Assembly: GCA_963666345.1 (NCBI GenBank)
Contig: OY762721.1
Span: forward strand, 2,304,001-2,368,000
Source: Desulfatiglandales bacterium
GTDB taxonomy: Bacteria; Desulfobacterota; DSM-4660; Desulfatiglandales; Desulfatiglandaceae
Reading direction: 5' to 3'
DNA length: 64,000 nt
The notes below the pieces were generated by a model that ran no database searches, was not told where the DNA came from, and saw only the letters and a list, made by a program, of their open reading frames with translations. The position numbers were made by a program, and so were the translations under genes. Each line of letters starts with the position of its first letter. Within the stretch, counting starts at the first letter, position 1. Below, piece after piece: positions 51,085 to 61,226 of the stretch.

Positions 51085-51851
51085 ATGGGTAGGAAGAAAC
51101 GAATAACGATAAAGGGGCTGAAACGAACGTAGGGGCACTTATGACAGTTTCCCTTTTCCTTATACTCCTGACCTTCTTTATCCTGCTTAACTCCATAGCA
51201 GTGTTGGACGAAAAGCGAATTAGACTTAGTATAGGTTCACTTATAGGGTCCTTCGGCAGCCTCAGCGGCGGTTTATCAGCATCTAAAGCAGGTGAACTGG
51301 CTCTTCCTCCTTCCGCCCCCATGATGGAAAAGGGATTGGCCATGAGTAAGTTATTATCGCTCATGAACAGGGATTTTGCGGACCAGATTAGGTTAGAAGT
51401 GAATGACGGAGAAGAAATGATAACCCTCAATGAAAAAATTCTCTTTGATAAAGATAAATCAAGACTAAGGACATCTTCATACCCTGCATTACGCTGTATA
51501 TGCGATTTAATGAAAAACGGGGATTATCCCGTGGAAATCCTCGGGCATACGGCCGGCATTCCGGCGGAAGAAAAGGGATATGAATCCAACTGGGAACTTT
51601 CCACTCTGATGGCGATGCAGGTGTTCAGGTATTTTACGGCAGTGGGAAATATCAATGCCGACAGGCTTGAAGCGTTTGGATGCGGCAGCCACAGGCCAAT
51701 TGCCTCTAATGATACAAGGCTTTCAAGGGAGAAAAACGCAAGAGTCGAAATTGTATTACATATTAATGCCCCTGCTTACGCCAGAAGAATTTTCATGAAG
51801 AAACCATCGGGGATCTTTACCTATAAAAAGTTTGACTTCAGGATTTTTTGA
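51085..51851 (+). CDS. motB: Atypical MotB paralog, no TM Asp; possible 5' frameshift
   Basis: TM SLFLILLTFFILLNS, plug, OmpA-like domain with GHTA and NWELSTLMA. Main ORF starts at 51141; an MGRKK start at 51085 is in another frame. Confidence 0.8.
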
Positions 51852-51854
51852 AAA

Positions 51855-52595
51855 ATGGCCAAAAGGAAGACAGATTTTTCAAACGGTCGAAGCCTGAATT
51901 CCGGTGCATGGCTGGTGACATTTTCAGACCTTATTATGCTTCTTCTAACCTTTTTTGTATTGCTTCTTACCATGTCCTCAATGGATACAAAATTGCTTAA
52001 AGAAACATTCGCCCATTTTAAAGGAGGCGCTCCCGGTGTGCTTGAGTTGGTTGAATCAAAAGAAATAGATGGTTTAGCCGAATTTATAACAAACTTTAGA
52101 AGTTCCGAGGGTTTATTGGTGCTTGACCAGGATCGCATTAAACGCCTTCTCATACCTACGGAAAAATCAGGTGAAAATGCGGCGGAGAGGGTAAAGAAAT
52201 TCTATGAACAGATCAAGATATCAGATGATGACAGAGGAATAGTTCTATCCTTTCAGGAAAATGTCCTCTTTGAATCAGGATCGGTCGTCATCAAAGAGGA
52301 CGCAGTGCCTTTTTTGAACTCAATGGCCAAGGCGATAGAATCCTGTTCCAATGATATTATCATTACGGGCCATACGGATGGTATTCCTGTTAAAACAGGG
52401 GCGTATCAATCAAACTGGCATCTTTCATTACGCAGAGGCCTTTCTGTTCTTGAATATCTTTTAGGTGATAGAAGGCTTCCTCCGGAACGTTTTGCTTTAG
52501 GGGCGTATGGTGCTGTTAAACCTCTGCATCCAAACAATTCTCCCGAAAACAGGGCGCTTAACAGAAGAGTCGAGATAATCTTTAAACATTTGTAA
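51855..52595 (+). CDS. motB: Stator B subunit (canonical)
   Basis: WLVTFSDLIMLLLTFFVLL, GHTD, NWHLSLRR and NRRVEI. Confidence 0.95.
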   Translation: MAKRKTDFSNGRSLNSGAWLVTFSDLIMLLLTFFVLLLTMSSMDTKLLKETFAHFKGGAPGVLELVESKEIDGLAEFITNFRSSEGLLVLDQDRIKRLLIPTEKSGENAAERVKKFYEQIKISDDDRGIVLSFQENVLFESGSVVIKEDAVPFLNSMAKAIESCSNDIIITGHTDGIPVKTGAYQSNWHLSLRRGLSVLEYLLGDRRLPPERFALGAYGAVKPLHPNNSPENRALNRRVEIIFKHL

Positions 52596-52606
52596 GGAGC
52601 TATAAT

Positions 52607-53095
52607 ATGGTGGAAGAAAATGATCCTAAAGAAGAAAAGACTAAGCGGTCCTTTCCTAAATTTGTGATTTTGGGAATCTTGGTGGTCGCTCTCGGTGCCG
52701 GTGGTTATTTTGGATGGAATATGTTTGTAGAGCAGACCAAAACCGAGAAACAAACGTCGGAGCATCCTCAAATAGAGGAGCAAGATAAGACCTCTGCAAT
52801 TCCTCTTGACTCCTTTATCATCAATCTCATGGATAAATCCGGATCAGGCAAAAGATATCTGAAGGTCGGGATAATCCTCGAGATCGGCGGGCAGAAACAG
52901 GGATCGGCAATTGAAAAATTCAAGCCACAAATAAGGGATACCATACTTCTTCTGCTTTCAAGCAAATCCTTTGGAGAGATCAGCACAATGGAGGGCAAGC
53001 TCGGATTAAAACAGGAACTCCTATCGAGGATCAATCAGATTTTGGGTGAGGTTATCGTTAGCAGGATCTATTTCACGGAATTTGTGGTGCAATAG
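52607..53095 (+). CDS. fliL: Flagellar basal-body associated protein
   Basis: TM, FIINL, RYLK, IRD and IYFTEFVVQ. Confidence 0.95.
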   Translation: MVEENDPKEEKTKRSFPKFVILGILVVALGAGGYFGWNMFVEQTKTEKQTSEHPQIEEQDKTSAIPLDSFIINLMDKSGSGKRYLKVGIILEIGGQKQGSAIEKFKPQIRDTILLLLSSKSFGEISTMEGKLGLKQELLSRINQILGEVIVSRIYFTEFVVQ

Positions 53096-53103
53096 GGAAG
53101 GTC

Positions 53104-54075
53104 ATGGGGAATATTTTATCACAGGACGAGGTCGACTCCCTTCTTGGCGGAATAGGCAGTGGGAGCGTTGAAACTGAAACGGATATCCCTGAAAAAACCG
53201 AGGGAGTTGAGGTATATAATTTTGGTACGCTGGCCGGTCCAATAAATATGCCCGTCCTTCAAGTGATTAATGAAAGATTCATCGGTTTTCTAAGGAACAG
53301 CCTTTCTCTAGCAACGGGATCCGACGTGGATGTAAAACTGTCCACTAACGAGTTGGTTGATTTTAACGGCTTCTGCCGTTCCCTTCCCCTTCCTGCAAGT
53401 CTGAATATCTTCAAAATCGAACCCTTAAGGGGTTCAGCCATGCTTGTCGTGGAAGGTCCCCTTGTATTTTCCTTTGTTGACATCTTTTTCGGGGGAAAGG
53501 GCCTGGGTCATGTCAAACTTGAAGGAAGAGCTTTTACGGCCATTGAATCAAAGATTATAGAGAAGATAACCAAGATAGCCTTGGAAGACCTGCAGCAGGC
53601 ATGGTTAGATGTTCATAAGGTGAAAATAGTCTACTCACACTCCGAGATTGATCCTCAATTTACGCCGATTGTACAACCGGCCGAAATGGTAATCGCGATC
53701 AAGTTTATGATAACACTGGCAAACGAGTCCGGATCAATAAGTATCTGTATCCCCTATTCCACGGTTGAACCGATAAGAGACAAACTCAAAAAGAAATTCC
53801 GGGATGAAAGATTAGAAGTCGATGACAGGTGTCGGAAACATATCATAAATAAAATTAGGCAAGCGACTGTGAATTTGAATTGCATTATGGGAACTTCAAA
53901 AATAAGCGCCGGAGAATTGATAGGGATGAAAGTTAATGACGTTATATTGCTGGATCATAAAATAAGCGATGCAATGATTGTCAATGTCGAGGGTGTTCCG
54001 AAATTCAAGGGTCATCCAGGTTCCTATAGCAGCAATAAGGCCATAAGGATAACTGAAAGATTTGATAAGGAGTAA
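53104..54075 (+). CDS. fliM: Motor switch protein
   Basis: ILSQDEVDSLL, FFGGKG and IPYSTVEPI. Confidence 0.96.
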   Translation: MGNILSQDEVDSLLGGIGSGSVETETDIPEKTEGVEVYNFGTLAGPINMPVLQVINERFIGFLRNSLSLATGSDVDVKLSTNELVDFNGFCRSLPLPASLNIFKIEPLRGSAMLVVEGPLVFSFVDIFFGGKGLGHVKLEGRAFTAIESKIIEKITKIALEDLQQAWLDVHKVKIVYSHSEIDPQFTPIVQPAEMVIAIKFMITLANESGSISICIPYSTVEPIRDKLKKKFRDERLEVDDRCRKHIINKIRQATVNLNCIMGTSKISAGELIGMKVNDVILLDHKISDAMIVNVEGVPKFKGHPGSYSSNKAIRITERFDKE

Positions 54076-54078
54076 AAA

Positions 54079-54411
54079 ATGAGTGAAAACGGGGAAATGG
54101 AGGGTAGCGGTCAAGCAGGGCCTTTGAATGAAAATGAGTCAGGTCAAAAGGAATATGATATCGATCTCATCCTTGATATACCCCTTGACGTATCCGTTGA
54201 ATTGGGGAAGGTCAAGATGATTGTTAACGATTTGATTCAGTTGGGGCAGGGATCAATCGTAGATCTGGAAAAACCGGTGGGCGAACCTCTCGAGATATAC
54301 GTAAACGGTAAACTGGTCGCCAGGGGTGAAGTCGTGGTCGTAGATGAAAAATATGGCATAAGAGTGATCGATGTTGTCAGCCCCGCTGAAAGGGTGAAAT
54401 CTTTGGGCTGA
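54079..54411 (+). CDS. fliN: Motor switch protein
   Basis: ILDIPLDVSVELG and ARGEVVVV. Confidence 0.97.
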   Translation: MSENGEMEGSGQAGPLNENESGQKEYDIDLILDIPLDVSVELGKVKMIVNDLIQLGQGSIVDLEKPVGEPLEIYVNGKLVARGEVVVVDEKYGIRVIDVVSPAERVKSLG

Positions 54412-54484
54412 TCCGGATAAGCTATCCCGAAAGCCAGCTTAAGATCGTAAAACGATACGGGGAAAAACTTTAAAACTAGAGGCG

Positions 54485-54787
54485 TTGAAAATGGATGGAA
54501 TATCGGAATTTAACATGATCAGCACGGGTATTAAGACAACCGCCATGCTTTTTATCGTTCTCGGTTTCCTGATTCTCATCCTCTACCTCATGAAAAGATT
54601 CCTGTTTATAAGGAAAGAGGTAAAAGGGAATTTGGCCATAAAGGTCCTTTCTTCACTCCATCTATCGTCAAAAGAAAGGGTTGAGGTTGTAGAAATTTGC
54701 GGTGAAAGGATCGTGCTGGGTATTGCACCGGGCAGGATTAATTATTTGATCAAGCTTAGTGACTCAAACGGGGAAACGGAAAAATAA
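54485..54787 (+). CDS. fliO: Flagellar biogenesis protein
   Basis: Single TM plus IKVLSSLHLSSKERVEVVE; between fliN and fliP. Confidence 0.88.
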   Translation: MKMDGISEFNMISTGIKTTAMLFIVLGFLILILYLMKRFLFIRKEVKGNLAIKVLSSLHLSSKERVEVVEICGERIVLGIAPGRINYLIKLSDSNGETEK

Positions 54788-55552
54788 ATGCAACCAAATA
54801 AAATCATAAGGGTTTTCACCCTTTTCCTGATTCTTTGCGTTTTATTTTCAGGTAACACATCGGCCGGGGATTTCCCTCTTCCATCGTTTAACATAGGGAT
54901 AGAGAAGGGAAATGATCCGGGTGACGTTTCCGTTTTACTCCAGATTATATTCTTCTTAACTATTTTAACCCTTGCGCCTGCAATCCTTATACTTATGACA
55001 TGTTTTACCAGGGTGGTTGTCGTTTTTTCATTTTTGAGGCATGCCCTGGGTACCCAACAGACGCCCTCCAACCAGATTATTGCCGGCCTCGCTTTATTCC
55101 TGACCTTTTTTATTATGATGCCGGTCTGGCAACAGGTTAACAGTAATGCATTGCAGCCATACCTCAATGAGGAGATTTCTCAGGAAGTCGCACTGAAAGA
55201 GGCTGTACAGCCTGTCCGGCAGTTTATGTTCAAACAGACGCGGGAAAAGGATCTTGCTCTGTTCGTGGATATGGCAGAGGTGAAAAGGCCCAAAAACCGT
55301 GAGGACGTTCCCACGTCGGTTCTCATCCCCGCCTTCGTCATTAGTGAACTAAAAACCGCTTTTATTATCGGATTCGCCTTATTTGTGCCTTTCCTGATCA
55401 TCGATATGGTGGTGGCAAGCGTTTTGCTCAGCATGGGTATGATGATGCTGCCGCCGATCATGATTTCCCTCCCGTTTAAGCTTATGCTTTTCGTCTTGGT
55501 TGATGGTTGGTACCTGATAGTCGGATCACTTGTAAAGAGTTTCACGGGATAG
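54788..55552 (+). CDS. fliP: Export gate protein
   Basis: ALGTQQTPSNQ, PAFVISELKTAF and MGMMMLPP. Confidence 0.98.
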   Translation: MQPNKIIRVFTLFLILCVLFSGNTSAGDFPLPSFNIGIEKGNDPGDVSVLLQIIFFLTILTLAPAILILMTCFTRVVVVFSFLRHALGTQQTPSNQIIAGLALFLTFFIMMPVWQQVNSNALQPYLNEEISQEVALKEAVQPVRQFMFKQTREKDLALFVDMAEVKRPKNREDVPTSVLIPAFVISELKTAFIIGFALFVPFLIIDMVVASVLLSMGMMMLPPIMISLPFKLMLFVLVDGWYLIVGSLVKSFTG

Positions 55553-55581
55553 CAGTAATTGACAGGCCGCGAGGAAAGAAT

Positions 55582-55851
55582 ATGACACCGGAATTTGTCG
55601 TCACTTTAGCACAGGAAGCGATTAAAACGACCATACTTGTATCTTTGCCCATGCTGGGTCTTGGGCTTGCCGTAGGTCTTATCGTAAGCATATTCCAGGC
55701 GGTTACCCAGATCAATGAAATGACACTGACATTCGTTCCAAAGATATTGATTGTGTTGTTGTCCCTTCTGGTTTTTGCCAGCTGGATGATTGAACATTTG
55801 ATGGTTTTTGCCACCACTACTATCGAACAGATACCGTATTATATAAGGTAA
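55582..55851 (+). CDS. fliQ: Export gate protein
   Basis: FQAVTQINEMTLTFVPK; ATG 55582 after GAGG. Confidence 0.97.
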   Translation: MTPEFVVTLAQEAIKTTILVSLPMLGLGLAVGLIVSIFQAVTQINEMTLTFVPKILIVLLSLLVFASWMIEHLMVFATTTIEQIPYYIR

Positions 55852-56633
55852 TGGATTTTTTGCCGATACAATATCAAGAGATCAGGTCATTCCTCCCTAT
55901 ATTAATAAGGGTTAGCGTTATTATGCTCATGTTTCCGTTTTTTAATTCAAGGGCTTTCCCTGTTTTAGCCAAGGCGGGACTTGCTCTTATAATAGCCATA
56001 ATACTCTTTCCGGTTATAGATGGTAAGGGATTCGAGTTCCCCGTTACACTGTACGGAATTTTTCAAATGATAACGTCGGAGTTCATAATAGGCATGATTC
56101 TGGGAATATCGGTTCAGATACTTTTTGAGGGGGTCAGGATAATGGGGCAAGTCGTAGGTTTTCAAACAGGCTTTGCAATCACCAATATCCTCGACCCACA
56201 AAGTGGCACGCAGGTTTCTATCATCTCAAATATGGCATATCTCTGCGCCATGGTACTTTTTCTTGTTTTAAACGGCCACCATATATTGCTGGATGCGATG
56301 AGGGATAGCTTTCAGATTATAAATGTGGGTTCGTTGAAGCTGGACGGAGGGATATTTCAGGCAGTTGTGCAGGCTTCAGGCGGCATGTTCGTTATAGCAA
56401 TAAAGATAGGTGCGCCGGCTATTGCCATCCTGCTGTTTGTGCAGGTGGCATTCGGCCTTATTACAAAACTCATACCACAGATGAATATCATGATCGTGGC
56501 ATATCCCGTTCAGATAGTTATGGGCCTTGTATCCTTCGGCATATGTTTGAATATGCTTCTTTTATTTATGGAAAGATATCTGGGATGTCTTAGTTCTCAT
56601 TTAATCAACGCTATGAACTTGCTGAAGGCATAG
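55851..56633 (+). CDS. fliR: Export gate protein
   Basis: GFQTGF...DP, NGHH and PQMNI. Confidence 0.96.
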   Translation: MDFLPIQYQEIRSFLPILIRVSVIMLMFPFFNSRAFPVLAKAGLALIIAIILFPVIDGKGFEFPVTLYGIFQMITSEFIIGMILGISVQILFEGVRIMGQVVGFQTGFAITNILDPQSGTQVSIISNMAYLCAMVLFLVLNGHHILLDAMRDSFQIINVGSLKLDGGIFQAVVQASGGMFVIAIKIGAPAIAILLFVQVAFGLITKLIPQMNIMIVAYPVQIVMGLVSFGICLNMLLLFMERYLGCLSSHLINAMNLLKA

Positions 56634-56682
56634 TTTTTGACGAATGCATCAAACTTAATATCATCTAAGGCGGACCTGAAAA

Positions 56683-57759
56683 ATGGCTGAAAAAAGCTAT
56701 GAAGACAAGACCGAGAAGGCTACTCCTAAAAGGAGACAGGAAGCCAGGAAAAAGGGGCAGGTAGCAAAAAGCAGGGAACTGCCTTCCGTAGCTGTTCTTT
56801 CAGCCAGCCTGATTACATTATCCACCTTCGTATCCTATATGTACTCTCATATTAGAACCATTATGGGAAGGTCCTTTTCTTTTTCCGTTTGCAATAATTT
56901 TAATACACAAGATTTTATAGCCTTTGGCCGGGAGATGGTTACCCTGTTTATCATGACGTTAGCCCCTCTTTTCGTGGCGATTGTTATCGCAGCGGTCCTG
57001 TTCAATGTTATGCAGGTTGGCTTTTTGCTTTCATCGGAATCGATCAAGCCTAAAATATCGAAGTTGAACCCGATTAAGGGCTTTGGAAGGCTTTTTTCAA
57101 AACAGTCGTTTATGGAACTGTTCAAATCCTTGATGAAGCTGACGATTGTCGGAGGAGTCGGATATCTCACGATAAAGGGTGAAATCAAAAATGTTTCATT
57201 CCTGGGAGATATGGAATTGCATTCAATTATTGCATATACCCTTGCGGCCATCTTCAAACTTTTTGTCACATGCACAATTGCCATGATTGTTATTGTAGCC
57301 ATTGATTATGCATTCCAGAAGTGGGATTTTGAAAAAAAGCTCAGGATGAGTAAAAAGGAAATAAAGGACGAACTGAAAAAAACCGAAGGAGATCCGCTTA
57401 TAAAATCAAGGATAAGAAGCATTCAAATGCGGATGGCCAGACAGAGAATGATGCACGAAGTTCCCAATGCCGATGTGGTAATTACCAACCCTACCCGTCT
57501 TGCAGTTGCCTTGAAGTACGATGGCCTCGTCATGAATGCGCCTAAATTACTTGCAAAAGGGGCCGGCGGGACTGCCAAAAGGATAAAGGATTTAGCGGGA
57601 AAACATGGTATCCCAATCATAGAAAACAAGGAACTTGCCAGGAGTCTGTATTCCTTGGTCGAAATAGGTAAAGAAGTGCCTGGAGTCCTATACCAGTCTG
57701 TTGCCGAGATTTTGGCTTACGTTTACAGGCTCAAGGATAAAGGCAGGGGCACAATCTAA
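56683..57759 (+). CDS. flhB: Export switch protein
   Basis: KTEKATPKR, EGDP and TNPTR cleavage loop (His replaced by Arg). Confidence 0.97.
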   Translation: MAEKSYEDKTEKATPKRRQEARKKGQVAKSRELPSVAVLSASLITLSTFVSYMYSHIRTIMGRSFSFSVCNNFNTQDFIAFGREMVTLFIMTLAPLFVAIVIAAVLFNVMQVGFLLSSESIKPKISKLNPIKGFGRLFSKQSFMELFKSLMKLTIVGGVGYLTIKGEIKNVSFLGDMELHSIIAYTLAAIFKLFVTCTIAMIVIVAIDYAFQKWDFEKKLRMSKKEIKDELKKTEGDPLIKSRIRSIQMRMARQRMMHEVPNADVVITNPTRLAVALKYDGLVMNAPKLLAKGAGGTAKRIKDLAGKHGIPIIENKELARSLYSLVEIGKEVPGVLYQSVAEILAYVYRLKDKGRGTI

Positions 57760-57776
57760 AAAAACATATAAGAAAG

Positions 57777-59876
57777 ATGAAAAACAATATGCAGGATATT
57801 ACGGCATCAAGATCTAAGTTCGCTTCCGCCAGCGAGGTCATGACGGTCATTGGAGTTGTTACTGTCCTTGTGGTCATGATCATTCCGCTGCCTTCGATGC
57901 TTCTCGATCTTTTTCTTGCCCTTAATATCACCATAGCAATAACCATACTCTTGATTTCCATGTATACCGTAAGTGCCCTGGATTTTGCCATATTTCCATC
58001 CCTTCTTCTTGTGACTACTCTCTTCAGGCTTTCCCTTAATGTGGCATCTACCCGATTGATCCTTCTCCATGGTAATGAAGGCGCTTTGGCCGCTGGGAAG
58101 GTTATCAGGTCATTCGGGAGTTTTGTGGTCGGCGGCAATTATGTCGTAGGCATGATTGTCTTTATTATCCTGGTTATTATCAATTTTGTGGTTATCACAA
58201 AAGGGGCGACCAGGATCGCCGAGGTTGCTGCAAGGTTTACTCTTGATTCGATGCCCGGCAAGCAAATGAGTATCGATGCGGACCTGAACGCCGGCATTAT
58301 AGATGAAAATGAAGCGAAACAGCGCAGAAAGATGGTAACGAGAGAGGCCGAATTCAATGGAGCAATGGATGGTGCGGCCAAATTTGTAAGAGGAGACGCC
58401 ATAGCTGGCATAATAATTACCCTTATAAATATCATCGGTGGACTTATAGTCGGTGTTCTCCAGCAGAAGATGGCGATTATTGACGCTGCCCAGAATTATA
58501 CCCTCTTGACTGTCGGTGACGGCCTGGTTTCACAGATTCCCGCACTTATAATATCAACGGCCGCGGGAATTGTTGTGAGCCGGGCGGCTTCAGAAGGTAC
58601 TATGGGAGCGGATTTTGCCGATCAGTTCTTTAAACATCCAAAGGCGGTTTATCTTTCCGCTCTTACCATATTTTTCTTCGGTCTCATTCCGGGGCTGCCG
58701 CACATCCCCTTTATAATGTTATCCGCTCTGATCGCAGGAGGTCTTTATCTTTTGAGAAGAGAAAAGACAGCACGGAAGACAAAGGAGATTTCAGGCAAAC
58801 AGCTGGAAAAGCCGGAGGTGGGACCGGAGCCGGTTGAACATCTGCTGCTGGTTGATACTCTTGAGGTAGAAGTCGGATACGGCCTGATAGGTCTTGTAGA
58901 CAGGGAGCAGGGAGGCGAATTCCTTGATAGGGTGAGATCAATAAGGAGGCAGTTCGCACTCGAAATGGGGTTGATTATACCTCCGATCCATATCAGGGAT
59001 AACCTCCAGATAAAACCATCCGAATACCGGATACTTCTTAAGGGGGTCAAAATAGCCGGTGCGGAACTAATGGTAAATCATTATCTGGCAATGAATCCCG
59101 GAGGAGCTACAAGAAAAATTGAAGGGGTAGATACAAAGGAACCCGCATTCAATTTATCTGCATCCTGGATACCAAAGGACAAAAGAGAAGAGGCGAAGCT
59201 GGCGGGTTATACGGTAGTTGATAATGTCACGGTAATGGCGACCCATTTGACTGAGATTATTAGAAAACACTCATCGGAAATGCTCGGGAGACAGGATGTT
59301 CAGAATCTCCTGGATAACCTGATCAAGCAATATCCGAAAGCGGTTGAGGAACTGGTCCCAAATCTTCTTTCTTTGGGTGGAGTACAAAAAGTCCTTCAAA
59401 ATCTTCTGGAAGAGCAGATATCCATAAAGGATATGTTGACTATAGTTGAGACGCTTGCTGACTACGCCCCATTGACCAAGGATCCGGAGCTTTTGACCGA
59501 ATATGTCAGGCACAAACTTTCCCGATCTTTTATCAGCCCGCACATCGGAGAAGATGGTGTGTTGAAACTGATAACCATGGCACACGATGTGGAGGATTTG
59601 CTTCAAAAGGGCATCCAGAGAACGGAACATGGTTCATATCTTTCAATAGATCCGAAGGTTGCAGATCCCATTATTACTTCCATCAAAAGGGAGTCGGAAA
59701 AGGCCATGGCAAAAAACGTACAACCGATTCTTATGACATCTCCCACCCTGAGAAGGCATCTAAAAAAGATGGTTGAATATTTCATACCTTCTTTAATGGT
59801 TTTGTCTCAGAGTGAGCTCTTGAGTGATATACGGTTTAAATCCATCGGAGAGGTAAGTTTGAACTATGCAGACTAA
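57777..59876 (+). CDS. flhA: Export apparatus protein
   Basis: AEVAARFTLDSMPGKQMSIDADL and GAMDGAAKFVRGDAIAG. Confidence 0.98.
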   Translation: MKNNMQDITASRSKFASASEVMTVIGVVTVLVVMIIPLPSMLLDLFLALNITIAITILLISMYTVSALDFAIFPSLLLVTTLFRLSLNVASTRLILLHGNEGALAAGKVIRSFGSFVVGGNYVVGMIVFIILVIINFVVITKGATRIAEVAARFTLDSMPGKQMSIDADLNAGIIDENEAKQRRKMVTREAEFNGAMDGAAKFVRGDAIAGIIITLINIIGGLIVGVLQQKMAIIDAAQNYTLLTVGDGLVSQIPALIISTAAGIVVSRAASEGTMGADFADQFFKHPKAVYLSALTIFFFGLIPGLPHIPFIMLSALIAGGLYLLRREKTARKTKEISGKQLEKPEVGPEPVEHLLLVDTLEVEVGYGLIGLVDREQGGEFLDRVRSIRRQFALEMGLIIPPIHIRDNLQIKPSEYRILLKGVKIAGAELMVNHYLAMNPGGATRKIEGVDTKEPAFNLSASWIPKDKREEAKLAGYTVVDNVTVMATHLTEIIRKHSSEMLGRQDVQNLLDNLIKQYPKAVEELVPNLLSLGGVQKVLQNLLEEQISIKDMLTIVETLADYAPLTKDPELLTEYVRHKLSRSFISPHIGEDGVLKLITMAHDVEDLLQKGIQRTEHGSYLSIDPKVADPIITSIKRESEKAMAKNVQPILMTSPTLRRHLKKMVEYFIPSLMVLSQSELLSDIRFKSIGEVSLNYAD

Positions 59877-60972
59877 TACATACCGTGCCAAAACAATCAA
59901 GGAGGCCACTGCAAAGGTTAGGAATTGTCTCGGTCCGGATGCAATGATAATTTCAACCAAAAGATTGAGTGAAGGTGACGGGGATGACCTGTTTGAAATA
60001 TCTGCAGTGCCTGGAGAGACGGATATTTCCGGAAAATATTCAGGTTCCTTGGCTGAAGTGAACGCCCAGTTGATGAGTATAAAAGATCTAATATCTCTTC
60101 TGAATCGTCCGGATTCTTCAATTGAACATCTGGTGATGAATCCTGTCGCCCTCGGTTTTTATGCAAAATTGATCAGGGAGGGAGTCGATGAATCATTGGC
60201 AAGAAACATCCTGGAAGTAGCCGGAACGATCAAAGATGGTTTCGGCAATAACAGTGATAACGTCAGAGAGAAAGCAATTGGTCATTTAATGCGGATTATA
60301 GATGTAAGAGATCCCTTTGAGATAAAAAACAACGGTCGAATCATAGCGGCATTTATTGGAACGACGGGTGTAGGAAAAACAACAACAATTGCAAAACTGG
60401 CTGCGCAGCTCATGCTTAAGGCCGGTAAAAAGGTGGGTTTAATCTCAATTGACACTTATCGAATAGGGGCCATGGAACAACTTAAGACCTATGCGAATAT
60501 ATTGGGTATCCCATGTTTTCAGGCATTTAAGCGGAAGGATTTACTATTCGCTATTAGAAAACTGGAAGACAGCGATGTCATTTTGATCGATACGGCGGGA
60601 AGGAGCCAGTACGATAATTCCAGGATAGAGGAACTCAAAACAATGCTTGGCGGTGATTCGGATATCAGCTCTCATCTACTACTAAGTATCGGAACTAAAC
60701 AGACGGAAATGTTTAAGACGGCAATGAGTTTCAGTCCACTGAGATTTCAGACCTATGTGTTTACAAAGATCGATGAAGCGGAGAGGATTGGCTCTCTTAT
60801 AAATCAGGTAACGAAAATTAGACTGCCTGTTTCGTACATTACTACCGGACAGAATGTTCCGGAAGATATTGAGCCGGCGAATAAGAAAAGCATTTTAAAA
60901 ATGTTGCTGAATAACAAACATGAAGGGCCGTTTTCTTTCAGCGGTTTGGATTTCCAACATTTCGGGGTTTAG
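59866..60972 (+). CDS. flhF: SRP-family flagellar GTPase
   Basis: GTTGVGKTTTIAKLAA, DTYRIGA, DTAG, TKIDE and GQNVPEDI. Confidence 0.96.
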   Translation: MQTNTYRAKTIKEATAKVRNCLGPDAMIISTKRLSEGDGDDLFEISAVPGETDISGKYSGSLAEVNAQLMSIKDLISLLNRPDSSIEHLVMNPVALGFYAKLIREGVDESLARNILEVAGTIKDGFGNNSDNVREKAIGHLMRIIDVRDPFEIKNNGRIIAAFIGTTGVGKTTTIAKLAAQLMLKAGKKVGLISIDTYRIGAMEQLKTYANILGIPCFQAFKRKDLLFAIRKLEDSDVILIDTAGRSQYDNSRIEELKTMLGGDSDISSHLLLSIGTKQTEMFKTAMSFSPLRFQTYVFTKIDEAERIGSLINQVTKIRLPVSYITTGQNVPEDIEPANKKSILKMLLNNKHEGPFSFSGLDFQHFGV

Positions 60973-61226
60973 GGCGACTGGGTCAATTGCTTCTTACCCC
61001 GAAATAAGAAATTCCCGGATGAATCGCTCGGCAATCATCTTAATTTAAGGTTTTCCCATGGTTTTTGCTTTCAGCTGACGGCCGATTGTTTTTCGCAAGA
61101 ATCCGGGAAAGAGCCTTTCCGGATGAACACAAAGAAATTTAAATCCGGCCTTATAATTTTTCCAAGCCGGAAGCTGCAACTCCAAGATCCTTAAGCCTAA
61201 ATAATTTTTTATCGGAGAATAAAAGG

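Noticed and set aside
57484..57498. FlhB NPTR instead of NPTH
   Set aside because: The cleavage Asn-Pro is intact; substitution at this position does not imply loss of function.
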